A DNA stretch of 32,000 bases, from the NCBI GenBank assembly GCA_000025185.1, contig CP001848.1, positions 3,900,001 to 3,932,000 on the forward strand, read 5' to 3'. The notes below the pieces were generated by a model. That model searched no databases and had not been told where the DNA came from. It saw only the letters and a program-made list of their open reading frames with translations. Origin of the DNA: Pirellula staleyi DSM 6068 (GTDB taxonomy: Bacteria; Planctomycetota; Planctomycetia; Pirellulales; Pirellulaceae). Below are positions 20,571 to 29,052 of the stretch, one piece after another. Each line of letters opens with the position of its first letter. Position 1 is the stretch's first letter. The position numbers and the translations under genes were made by a program.

Positions 20571-20801
20571 CTACTCGCGTGGTCGGCTGAGGAGCTCGAG
20601 GGCCATCGCGATCACCAGCAGCAGTAAATCGACCGTCAGCAGCATCACCAGCCCGATGCCGATCCAAAACAGGATGGCAGCAGCCATTGCGTTGCCAGCG
20701 GCGGTGGCAATGGCCGACCCGAGCATCACAACGGCGATGGCGACCACCAGCACGATGGCCACCAGCAGCAGGGGGACGAACAGCCAGCGTGGAATCGGCA
20801 C
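20571..20801 (-). CDS. small hydrophobic membrane protein (76 aa, 2-3 TM)
   Basis: GTG start preceded by GAGGA with a 6-nt spacing. The sequence is almost entirely hydrophobic (WLFVPLLLVAIVLVVAIAVVMLGSAIATAAGNAMAAAILFWIGIGLVMLLTVDLLLLVIAMAL). It could also be a chance ORF in GC-rich DNA. Confidence 0.4.
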   Translation of the reverse strand: MPIPRWLFVPLLLVAIVLVVAIAVVMLGSAIATAAGNAMAAAILFWIGIGLVMLLTVDLLLLVIAMALELLSRPRE

Positions 20802-20920
20802 GGATAATCCTCAGGACCGGAAACTGCGAAAGGGGGGAAGACTTTGCGGAGATTGTCAGTCGAACGCGGCGTGGTGTCAACGCGTAGCAGTTTGGATGGG
20901 GGTGCCACCGATTTGCAAGT

Positions 20921-20948
20921 TTGACACTGCTCCCGCAATAGTCACAAT
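20921..20948 (+). promoter_or_regulatory. candidate sigma70-type promoter (TTGACA-16-CACAAT) for the 21017 gene
   Basis: TTGACA at 20921-20926 and CACAAT at 20943-20948, about 70 nt upstream of the ATG. Hexamer match only. Confidence 0.25.
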
Positions 20949-21016
20949 GGAAATTGAGCCGTCCGCCTGGGGCAACACACGCGCGGACCCTCCCTCTCAA
21001 GGTTAGGAGCTTTTCG

Positions 21017-23605
21017 ATGTCACGAGCGCTGCGGGCCCGATGGATCGCCTGTCGCTGGCTGATGGTTTGCGCCATGATCGCGCTCCTGCTGCGCCCCGCC
21101 CCGGCGATGGGGGAAGTGCTGACGCTGAAAAACGGCACGCAGCTCGAAGGTGTGCTCGGCAAGATCGCCAGCCTCGGTTCCGATCCGCTGAAGTCCGAAG
21201 GCTCGGGCGAGATCAAGCTCAAACGAGTGATCGTGGTCGACGACGAACTGCGGCGCGTTTTTGTCGGCACGCATCAGGTGGCTGTCGAACCGGCTCCTTC
21301 GCCAGCCACCGGTTTTGAGCGGATCAAAATTCCTCAGCGTGTGGCAATCGCCGGCCGCTCGATCGGTGGTATCGGCCCGATTTTGCGAGTCACTCCGTTC
21401 GATGAATGGGGACGCCGCATCTTTTCGATGAGCTCGGCGCAAGGGACGATCGACGTCGTGCAAGGGATCACCGAGATCACCCCCACCTACACCAAGGTCG
21501 AAGCGCTGCAAGGTCGCGATCAATACATCTGGACCATGCGAATCGCCACCAGTTCGATTCCCCGGCAAACGCTCAGCAAGATTTTGCTCAATCGCCTGAA
21601 TGCCAAAAATCCCGACGAGCGGCTGCGGATCGTGCGGCTCTACATCCAGTCGGATCGTATTCAAGATGCTCGCGCAGAACTCGAAGCCCTGATCAAAGAT
21701 TTTCCGGAGCTCGACTATCTCAACGAGCAAGTGACCACGCTCAATCAACTCGGCTCGCAGCGACTGCTCAAAGAAATTCAGTTCCGCCGCGATGCCGGGC
21801 AGCATCAGCTGGCGTTTGCCATGCTCGAGAAGTTTCCTCCCGATGGTGTGGCAGGTGAAACGCTCATCAAGGTGAGCGAAATGCTGTCGCAGTACGAGGA
21901 AGTTCGCACCCGTGGCGAGCAAGTGATCAAACTGCTCGGCCAGCACCAAAGCGAGCTGAAGGACGAGAAGCTGAAAGCCGAATTGACGCCGATTCTCGCG
22001 GAAATTGCGGCCGAAGTGAACATCCATACGCTCGACCGACTGTCGGACTATGTCCGTCTGTCCGACGACGAAAAACTTCCCGCCGAGCAAAAGTTGTCGA
22101 TCGCCATCAGCGGCTGGTTGCTCGGAACCGGGAGTGGTCTGGATAATATTGCCGTCAGCCGCTCGCTGGTGGTGGTGCGCGATGTGGCACGCAAGTATCT
22201 CGTTGCGGCCACCAAGCCCGACCGCGATGCACTCCTGGCGCAGCTTCGCTCGCAAGAAGGAGCGACTCCCGGGAATCTGGCAAAGATTCTTGCGAACATG
22301 AAGCCGCAGGTCGAAACGCCGATCTATCCGCCGCAGCCCGATCAGCCACCTGGAGCCGAGCCAGCTGCGCCGCCGCCAGCGCCAGCCCCGAATGCGCTAC
22401 TGAAGATGCCAGCCGCTGCTGCTGGCGAGAAAGTGGCCCCCGCTGCGTTTGGCGAAGATCTGCTCCGTGGCGCGGCACCCCAAGCGCCGGTGAATCGCCA
22501 GGTCGCCGACGAGCAGCAGCTCGAAGGTGCCGAGCAGCCCTCGACCGTCGAGTATGGCAACGCCCCTGGACTGTTGCAGGTGCGCGTGCCAGGTCTGTCG
22601 GAAGATCCTGAGATCATCTACTACGTGCAGCTGCCGCCCGAATACGATCCTTACAAAAAGTATCCGGTTGTGGTGACTCTCTCGGGGGCGGGTACGACGC
22701 CGATTCAGCAAATCGATTGGTGGTGCGGCAACTATTCGCCTGAAGCCAACACACGCTATGGTCAAGCGACGCGTCATGGCTATATCGTGATCGCTCCTCG
22801 CTGGACGCGTGAGCATCAGCGGAAGTACGAATTCTCGGCCCGCGAGCATGCGGCGGTGCTCTACTCGCTGCGCGATGCCTGCAAGCGTTTTTCGGTCGAC
22901 ACCGATCGGGTGTTTCTCACGGGGCACTCGATGGGGGGCGATGCTGCCTGGGATGTGGCCCTGGCTCATCCCGACCTCTGGGCCGGCGTTTTGCCGGTCG
23001 TGGCGATGTCGGATAAGTACGTGCCGCGCTACTGGGAAAATGGCTCGCAGCTGCCGATGTACTTCGTCTGCGGTGAAAAAGATGGAAATAAAATGGCGGA
23101 GAATGCGGGAGATTGGGACCGCTATCTCACACGCACCGGCTGGGATGTGACGATCGTGCAGTACCAGGGTCGCGGCCACGAGCATTTCCACGACGAGATC
23201 CAGAAAATGTGCGACTGGATGGCGCTCCACAAACGAAACTTCTTTCCCAAAGAGGTGGAAGTGGTGACGATGCGTCCGTGGGACAATTTCTTCTGGTGGC
23301 TCGAACTCGATCGGATGCCACCCGCTTCGATGGTGGTTCCAGTGCAGTGGCCACCCCCGCGCACTTCGCAAGTGGCCCGGACCAAAGCCAACCTCACTGC
23401 CACCAACGGCGTGATGGTCAGCTCGGCGGCGCAGAAGGTCACAATCTGGCTTTCACCCGAAATGGTCGACTTTAGTGCCAAAATCTCGATCACCGTGAAC
23501 GGGCGTCGGCAAGCGGCTCCGCAGCCTGCGATCGATGTCATCTTGGAAGATGCGCGAACCCGGGCCGATCGGCTGCATCCCTTCTGGGCGAAGGTAGAGA
23601 ACTGA
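21017..23605 (+). CDS. secreted multidomain protein: signal peptide, helical-repeat region, Pro/Ala-rich linker, C-terminal alpha/beta hydrolase (esterase/peptidase, GHSMGG)
   Basis: ATG 21017, 8 nt after AGGAG. Signal peptide MSRALRARWIACRWLMVCAMIALLLRPAPAMGEV. Linker PPQPDQPPGAEPAAPPPAPAP. Hydrolase core YPVVVTLSGAG...VFLTGHSMGGDAAWD...YFVCGEKDG...GRGHEHF (Ser-Asp-His candidates). Confidence 0.8.
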   Translation: MSRALRARWIACRWLMVCAMIALLLRPAPAMGEVLTLKNGTQLEGVLGKIASLGSDPLKSEGSGEIKLKRVIVVDDELRRVFVGTHQVAVEPAPSPATGFERIKIPQRVAIAGRSIGGIGPILRVTPFDEWGRRIFSMSSAQGTIDVVQGITEITPTYTKVEALQGRDQYIWTMRIATSSIPRQTLSKILLNRLNAKNPDERLRIVRLYIQSDRIQDARAELEALIKDFPELDYLNEQVTTLNQLGSQRLLKEIQFRRDAGQHQLAFAMLEKFPPDGVAGETLIKVSEMLSQYEEVRTRGEQVIKLLGQHQSELKDEKLKAELTPILAEIAAEVNIHTLDRLSDYVRLSDDEKLPAEQKLSIAISGWLLGTGSGLDNIAVSRSLVVVRDVARKYLVAATKPDRDALLAQLRSQEGATPGNLAKILANMKPQVETPIYPPQPDQPPGAEPAAPPPAPAPNALLKMPAAAAGEKVAPAAFGEDLLRGAAPQAPVNRQVADEQQLEGAEQPSTVEYGNAPGLLQVRVPGLSEDPEIIYYVQLPPEYDPYKKYPVVVTLSGAGTTPIQQIDWWCGNYSPEANTRYGQATRHGYIVIAPRWTREHQRKYEFSAREHAAVLYSLRDACKRFSVDTDRVFLTGHSMGGDAAWDVALAHPDLWAGVLPVVAMSDKYVPRYWENGSQLPMYFVCGEKDGNKMAENAGDWDRYLTRTGWDVTIVQYQGRGHEHFHDEIQKMCDWMALHKRNFFPKEVEVVTMRPWDNFFWWLELDRMPPASMVVPVQWPPPRTSQVARTKANLTATNGVMVSSAAQKVTIWLSPEMVDFSAKISITVNGRRQAAPQPAIDVILEDARTRADRLHPFWAKVEN

Positions 23606-23708
23606 AGCCGGGCTCCTCGGTCGGCTTCCTTCTTGCGGAAACTCTCCCGCTTCCGGGCATTGCGAGCCCGGACAGGGGTGGCGTAAACTACCGGGCTTCC
23701 CTTTCCTG

Positions 23709-23730
23709 AGTTTGCGGACGTTCGCAAACT
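23709..23730. promoter_or_regulatory. 8-bp-arm perfect inverted repeat AGTTTGCG-N6-CGCAAACT, 35 nt upstream of dapA
   Basis: Read directly. It could be an operator or a 5'-UTR hairpin. Palindromes of this size also occur by chance in 32 kb. Confidence 0.2.
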
Positions 23731-23764
23731 CGCTTTGGTCTTCATCTGTCGCAGGTTGCTTGCT

Positions 23765-24652
23765 ATGCCGCGCAAAGGTGCTGCGTTCGCTGGTCTTTCG
23801 GTTGCCCTGGTCACGCCATTCAAAAATGGCGAAGTCGACTACGACTTGCTCCGAAAACAGGTCGAGTTTCAGGTCGACGCCGGGACCAACTGCCTTTGCC
23901 CCGTCGGCACGACCGGCGAATCACCGACCCTCTCGCACGACGAGCACGAAAAAGTGATCTCGGTGGTTGTCGAGACCGCTCGGGGCCGCTGCAAAGTGAT
24001 GCCGGGAACCGGCAGCAACAGCACCCGCGAAGCGCTCCGACTCACCAAGTGGGCCGCAAAGGAAGGGGCCGATGCCGCTCTGGTCGTCGCCCCGTATTAC
24101 AACAAGCCGACCCAAGAGGGGTTCTTTCAGCACTACAAAGCACTCGCTGAAGAAGTCAGCATTCCGATCTGCGTCTATAACATCCCCGGCCGCACTGGAA
24201 AAAACATCGAGCCTGAAACGATCGCCCGCATGGCCGACCTTCCTAACATCACCATGGTGAAGGAAGCGACCGGCTCGCTCGATCAAGCCTCGCAAATCCT
24301 GGCGACCACCGATCTGACGATCCTGAGTGGCGACGACAGCCTCACTTTGCCGCTGCTGTCGGTGGGTGGCGAAGGGGTGATCTCGGTTGTCGGCAACATT
24401 GTTCCCAAAGATATGCTCGCGCTGCTGGCGGCTTTCCGCGAAAACCGTGCTGCCGATGCCACTCAGTTGCACCATAAGCTGTTTTATCTCTGCCGCGATA
24501 TGCTCGGACTGGCGACCAACCCCATTCCGCTGAAGGCCGCCATGAAACTCCTCGGCCGCGATACGGGCGAACTCCGCCTGCCAATGACCGAGCTCGAACC
24601 TGCTGGCGAAGCCAAGCTCCGCAAAAGCCTCGCAGCTTACGGCCTGCTCTAA
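23765..24652 (+). CDS. dapA: 4-hydroxy-tetrahydrodipicolinate synthase
   Basis: Internal ATG 23765. [21 protein letters not shown], the Schiff-base lysine context MVKEATG, and NPIPLKAAM are all typical of DapA. Confidence 0.93.
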   Translation: MPRKGAAFAGLSVALVTPFKNGEVDYDLLRKQVEFQVDAGTNCLCPVGTTGESPTLSHDEHEKVISVVVETARGRCKVMPGTGSNSTREALRLTKWAAKEGADAALVVAPYYNKPTQEGFFQHYKALAEEVSIPICVYNIPGRTGKNIEPETIARMADLPNITMVKEATGSLDQASQILATTDLTILSGDDSLTLPLLSVGGEGVISVVGNIVPKDMLALLAAFRENRAADATQLHHKLFYLCRDMLGLATNPIPLKAAMKLLGRDTGELRLPMTELEPAGEAKLRKSLAAYGLL

Positions 24653-24726
24653 AAGCCTCCCGCCAGTTCGTCTCGCCCCCAAAAAATCTCACGCGGGCGA
24701 GAAAGATTCTGCGAGCAACCACCCAC

Positions 24727-24776
24727 ACGACTTGCTGGCTCCAGGCAACACCGGAGCTCGCAAGTCGTTGTTTTTT
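24727..24776 (+). terminator. Rho-independent terminator after dapA
   Basis: acgacttgc (24727-24735) pairs with gcaagtcgt (24760-24768), with an inner gctcc/ggagc extension, followed by tgtttttt. Confidence 0.8.
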
Positions 24777-25231
24777 GGCATCATCACCCTCCGGTCGTGA
24801 CGGTCGTTCAGCTGCGCCCATGCTGTGAGGCCGTTATTGCTAGTGGCTTGCTGTGATTTCTAGCCAGCATAGAGCGATGATTTTTCAGCGCCACAAGCGA
24901 AATCGTCGCCCAATTTGTAATCGAGAGCTAAAGTTCGATTGTCAGTTTGCCGAACGGAAGTTGCTCGCAGCCCTGTCGCCATGAAGGTTGACGACAGCGC
25001 GAGTCTCTGGTGTTGGTGACGTGCTCGATGGATCGGGCTTCAGCGTCCCCTCGGCGATCTGATAGACAGCCCAAGTTCGACCCGTTTCGTGCTACTCCCG
25101 ATGCATCGAAATAGTCGAGCGAGCCCGCAGCGATCGATTCCCGCGTGGATCTTCGATGGCTGCATTTGCCAAGGCTGTCGTTTGAGGCGGAACATGGAAA
25201 CACACCACCTGAGACAACGGGGCTTTCTCGT

Positions 25232-25567
25232 ATGAATTGCACGGACCTGGCCGGACGAATCGAGCGGTTGCAGCCTGGAGCCATCACCAAGGACGTGGCT
25301 CGTTTGTGTCTGCTGCTGGCGAATGCGACTGGCGACGTAGAACAGCTGAACGACGATCGCACCCTCACTGCCGCCTGGCGCGAAATGGGTTTGCGATTGC
25401 AAGCAGCCACCGATCAGCATGCTGCGATGACCGAAGAGCTCGAAAACCTGGCTCGCACCGATCCGCGCAAGTTCACCCCCGAACAAATCTGGGTCCTCAT
25501 TCGCGCCATCAAAGTGCAGAGCCAAATCCTGCAGCTGTATGTCGGCGAATGCTTGCTCGATGCCTAG
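25232..25567 (+). CDS. small helical hypothetical protein (111 aa)
   Basis: Internal ATG 25232 of track ORF 25145..25567. GC3-rich codon usage and amphipathic helical sequence. No recognisable family. Confidence 0.5.
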   Translation: MNCTDLAGRIERLQPGAITKDVARLCLLLANATGDVEQLNDDRTLTAAWREMGLRLQAATDQHAAMTEELENLARTDPRKFTPEQIWVLIRAIKVQSQILQLYVGECLLDA

Positions 25568-25755
25568 TGTGAGCCTGGCCAAAGTCGCAGCAAGAGCTGG
25601 CGCTAGCGCCGCTCAAAAAAACGATACACGCGCTCCTTCAGCCGAGCGCTGCTGCTAAAGCAGATCGAGTTCTTGAGCTCGACCGAATCCATCCAACGTG
25701 GGAACCGGCAATCCAGTCGGCCCACGTTTTTTCGTGGGTGCGACAATCGCAACAA

Positions 25756-27135
25756 TCACGAGGTGGGACGGAGCAGCAGGACCGAAACGGTCATGTAGAT
25801 CACGATCGCCAAGATATCGCTGATCGCGGCGACGAACGGATTGCTCATCAGCGAAGGATCGAGTCCGAGTCGCTTGAACAGCAGCGGCAGTAGCGAACCG
25901 GTGACAGCGCCGCAGGTAACCACCAGCAGCACGGTGATCGGGATCACGAGGGGCCAGAGCGTTTGATCGCTCGTCCCTTTTTCACCCATCGTCAGGATGA
26001 ACGAGATGCCGAGCCCAAGCACGGCAAGTACACCACCGAGCATCAGTCCGACGCGCAGTTCGCGCCACAGGATGAGTTTCCAGTCGCGCAGTCGTACGTT
26101 GCCAGCCGCCAGTGCCGTGATGATCAGGGTCGCTGATTGATTGCCAGAGTTGCCGCCACTCGACATGATCAGCGGGATGAACATCACCAGCCACGACCAC
26201 TGCGACAGCTTCACTTCATAGGCCCGCAAGGCCGAGGCGGTGAACATGGCGGTGACGAACAATATCGTGAGCCAAACCCCTCGTTTCCACCACAGTTCTA
26301 CGAGCCCGGTTTGCAGGTAGCCTTCGTCGAGTGGTGCCACACCGGCGATACGCTGGGCATCTTCGGTGGCCTCTTGGCGCACGGCATCGATGACGTCGTC
26401 GTGGGTAATAATGCCGATCAATCGACGCTGATCATCAACCACCGGAATCGCCGACAAGTCGTACTTGGCCACGCGCGAAGTCACTTCATCGCGATGATCC
26501 ATCGCATTGACGAACACCAGATCGGTGTCCATGACGTCGGCCAGTTTTTGATCCGGTTTGCAGAGCGCGGTTACCAGACGTCGCGATGAAACAACGCCTC
26601 GCAGATGCACATCTTTATCGACCACATAGATGTAGTGGATCGTTTCCAGATGCTCGGCCACGCGCGTGAGTTCGGCGAGAGCATCGCGGACCGAGAGCGA
26701 CTCCGAAAGCATCGCGCATTCGGTCGTCATCATCGAACCGGCGGTATCTTCTTCATAAGCCCGCAGGCGAATGATTTCGCGGCGCTCGTGAAGCGGCAAC
26801 AGAGGCAGAATCTCTTCGACCACATCGGGCGCCACATCGTGCAGCAAGTCGACGCGATCATCGGCCGGCAGATCGGCGAGCAGTTCGGCCACTTCGCTCC
26901 GGTCTTCACCTTCGATGATGGCGATCTGACGATCGTGACCGAAGTAGAGAAAGATCTCTTCCTTCAAAGCCAGGTCGGCATGCCGCAGCACAGCCCACGT
27001 CTCTTGCGGCGATAAACCTTCCATGAACTCAGCAGTTCGCGCCGGATGAAGCGCCGTGCAGAATTCGCGCAGTTCCGCCACGTTATTCTCCGCGAGCATC
27101 TCGCGCAGTTCTGGCAGGAAGAGCGTGTTAATCAT
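25756..27135 (-). CDS. mgtE: magnesium transporter MgtE (N-domain, CBS pair, 5-TM channel domain)
   Basis: 459 aa. LADLPADDRVDLL (MgtE_N), a CBS pair (VVDKDVHLRGVVS..., IPVVDDQRRLIGIITHDDVIDAV), and TM-domain motifs SSGGNSGNQSATL and PFVAAISDILAIVIY. Confidence 0.95.
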   Translation of the reverse strand: MINTLFLPELREMLAENNVAELREFCTALHPARTAEFMEGLSPQETWAVLRHADLALKEEIFLYFGHDRQIAIIEGEDRSEVAELLADLPADDRVDLLHDVAPDVVEEILPLLPLHERREIIRLRAYEEDTAGSMMTTECAMLSESLSVRDALAELTRVAEHLETIHYIYVVDKDVHLRGVVSSRRLVTALCKPDQKLADVMDTDLVFVNAMDHRDEVTSRVAKYDLSAIPVVDDQRRLIGIITHDDVIDAVRQEATEDAQRIAGVAPLDEGYLQTGLVELWWKRGVWLTILFVTAMFTASALRAYEVKLSQWSWLVMFIPLIMSSGGNSGNQSATLIITALAAGNVRLRDWKLILWRELRVGLMLGGVLAVLGLGISFILTMGEKGTSDQTLWPLVIPITVLLVVTCGAVTGSLLPLLFKRLGLDPSLMSNPFVAAISDILAIVIYMTVSVLLLRPTS

Positions 27136-27341
27136 GAAGAGCCGCTGCTGACATTCGAGGTGGCACGTCGAAGCTTCCCGAAACCACTGTCAAGTATCGA
27201 CCCGCTACGGAAGACTGTCAAAGGCGGGTTGAAGGCCGATAGACGGATTCAGCCGACAATTCTGGCCGAATGATCCACCCAAAGATCTGGTGGAGAGGGG
27301 CCCCAAGAGGATAACGCCCCAAGCGCCGCTGCCATGCAAAA

Positions 27342-28775
27342 CTAGCGGAGCTGCGGAGCCCAGTCGCTCACGAGCGACTTACCGGCGATGAGCCGAGCCA
27401 ATAATTCGGGCATCGCTGCGAAGTGGAGCCACACCTGACTGGCAACTACATTGCCACTACCGATGATTAGTGGCTCGCCATCCGCACTTGTGGCCAAAAG
27501 CTCGGTCGCACGATCGATGTCGAGGTGCCACGCTTTGGCCTCGTAGGCTCGCAGCGTGGAAGTCGAGAAGTCGTGCGCTTCACCGAGTAGCCACGAGCTT
27601 TGCGTCGCCTGCACCGTGGTCGGCTGCGAGGGTCGCGGAAGCCCATCGATCAATTTTGGCTGCGAGGCACGAATTGGCAAAAGACCTGCCATCGGCAACG
27701 AAACTCCGCTGTCGAGCACCAATTCGCGGCACAGAAGTCCAGCCCCTTCAGCCTCGGCATACACCCGGCCTCCACGCATTGCATGGGCTCGCAGCGATTG
27801 CATCAGGCAGTGGTTCGACGCAATCCGTTGCCAGGGTGCTTGAGGACGAGCGCCGCCGATATACACCAGATCGCAGTCTTCGGGGATTCGTTCACAGCGT
27901 CGCGGCGAGAAGTCGCTCAGCTTCGCCCCGGCTGCTTCCAGTCGGTCGATCGTATCGGGAAAATAGCCGGTGAAGTCTTCGTCCCACGCAATCGCTACTC
28001 GCAGCGGGCGCGACGTTGCAAAGCGATCAACTTCCTCGAATTGCCACGGACGATTTTGGCGTCGAGCCACATCGAGCAGTCGCGAAAGATCAAGATTTTC
28101 GAGCAGCGCATTGCCCAGTTGGTCGCACAACTCTTTGCTCAGCGAGCAATTCCGACCCGCCAGTTCGAACTCGCGACGCGGGGCTGATGTCCTGGGAAGG
28201 TAGCCGATCACCTTCGTTCCCCACAGCGACTCAACTTCCACCTGCCACCGTGTCAGATCGGCTGGAGCAAGCTGATCGAGCAGCACGCCGTCGACATGTG
28301 TCGCGCTGCACGGGAGATGCCCACGCATCGGCTGACTGGCATCGACCACCGCAATCTTCGCCAGATCGAGCCACTTGGCGAGCTCGCTAAGCGAACTTCC
28401 CAGGGGATATTCGAGTGGACTGTTCGGCTCCGCTCCTGGCTGCACGTTAGGTCCGAGCGAGTGCGGGCCAAAGTTGCCGTGAACCAGAGCAAAACTGGCA
28501 TCGAGGCAGCCATCAGAAACCAGCTGCGACGCTTTACAACGCGACATTGTCCAGCTGTCGATGTGTCGGGTCGCACGGCTGGCGATCACACGCCCCAGAT
28601 CGGGCTCACCACAGGCTAATTCGCCACACGACGACTGACCCGGCAAGCTCTTACCCAGAAACAGCTGGGGGGTTTGTCCTTCTCGCGAAAGTGCCGACAG
28701 CAGGGCTGCTATCATCGCACGCGGCGAAGTTTGCCGGTCCATCCCTCCCACTGCCAAACGAAAAAGCTGCCGCAT
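27342..28775 (-). CDS. cobyrinic acid a,c-diamide synthase (CbiA/CobB)-like protein with degenerate catalytic motifs
   Basis: 477 aa from ATG (complement of 28773-28775). It is colinear with remembered CbiA blocks: VAIAWDEDFTGYFPDTIDRLEAAGAKLSDFSP...LVYIGGARPQ...YAEAEGAGLL...VWLHFAAMPELLARL. The P-loop, glutaminase Cys and His positions are substituted (see findings). Confidence 0.7.
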   Translation of the reverse strand: MRQLFRLAVGGMDRQTSPRAMIAALLSALSREGQTPQLFLGKSLPGQSSCGELACGEPDLGRVIASRATRHIDSWTMSRCKASQLVSDGCLDASFALVHGNFGPHSLGPNVQPGAEPNSPLEYPLGSSLSELAKWLDLAKIAVVDASQPMRGHLPCSATHVDGVLLDQLAPADLTRWQVEVESLWGTKVIGYLPRTSAPRREFELAGRNCSLSKELCDQLGNALLENLDLSRLLDVARRQNRPWQFEEVDRFATSRPLRVAIAWDEDFTGYFPDTIDRLEAAGAKLSDFSPRRCERIPEDCDLVYIGGARPQAPWQRIASNHCLMQSLRAHAMRGGRVYAEAEGAGLLCRELVLDSGVSLPMAGLLPIRASQPKLIDGLPRPSQPTTVQATQSSWLLGEAHDFSTSTLRAYEAKAWHLDIDRATELLATSADGEPLIIGSGNVVASQVWLHFAAMPELLARLIAGKSLVSDWAPQLR

Positions 28776-29052
28776 CACGGGCCGATTCCTCGATATAAAG
28801 GCATGGTGGGGTGTGACTTACGCAAAAGGCAGGATGGGCAGTTCGTGGCTCTCGGACCCCGAAATCACTCACGATTCGCTAGTCGAGCGGAAATATTTGC
28901 CACAAAACCACGTGCTAAGCCAATTGTTCGAGGGGGGGACTCGAGAGTCAACAGTAACCCGGCCCGAGAGACGCTAAATAGTTGCAATTTAGCGAGAAGA
29001 TGATGCTCCCGAAGACTTGTGCTACTCGCTCCAGGCTTTTCCTACGCGCTAG

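Noticed and set aside
20566-21270. 234-aa minus ORF spanning the 20802-21016 spacer, containing a CDYCGS...HPNC stretch
   Set aside because: It overlaps the start and signal peptide of the well-supported 21017 gene and the small membrane ORF in another frame. Its composition is Arg/Ser/Pro-rich. The Cys pair alone is not enough to call a zinc ribbon.
9898-24682. Other long antisense or alternative-frame ORFs (9898..10734, 16247..17296, 17707..18480, 21020..22255, 22397..23371, 23122..23823, 23921..24682, 12971..13594, 14466..15362)
   Set aside because: Each lies fully inside a gene with strong motif support on the other strand or in another frame, and each has an Arg/His/Ser/Cys-rich shadow composition.
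25600-25740. Palindrome GGCGCTAGCGCC followed by an A-run, and hairpin CCCACG-tttttt-CGTGGG, between the convergent genes
   Set aside because: The geometry does not fit a canonical terminator for either strand: the T-run lies in the loop or precedes the stem.
27136-27341. Possible Mg2+ riboswitch (M-box) in the 206-nt leader of mgtE
   Set aside because: I could not recognise the conserved M-box core segments or its multi-helix layout in the minus-strand leader. An Infernal scan with the Rfam M-box model (ykoK leader) would be decisive.
28972-28994. Perfect 8-bp hairpin CGCTAAAT-agttgca-ATTTAGCG about 60 nt downstream of the toroid gene stop
   Set aside because: It has no U-tract on either strand, so I do not call it an intrinsic terminator. 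It may still be an RNA-stability or processing hairpin.
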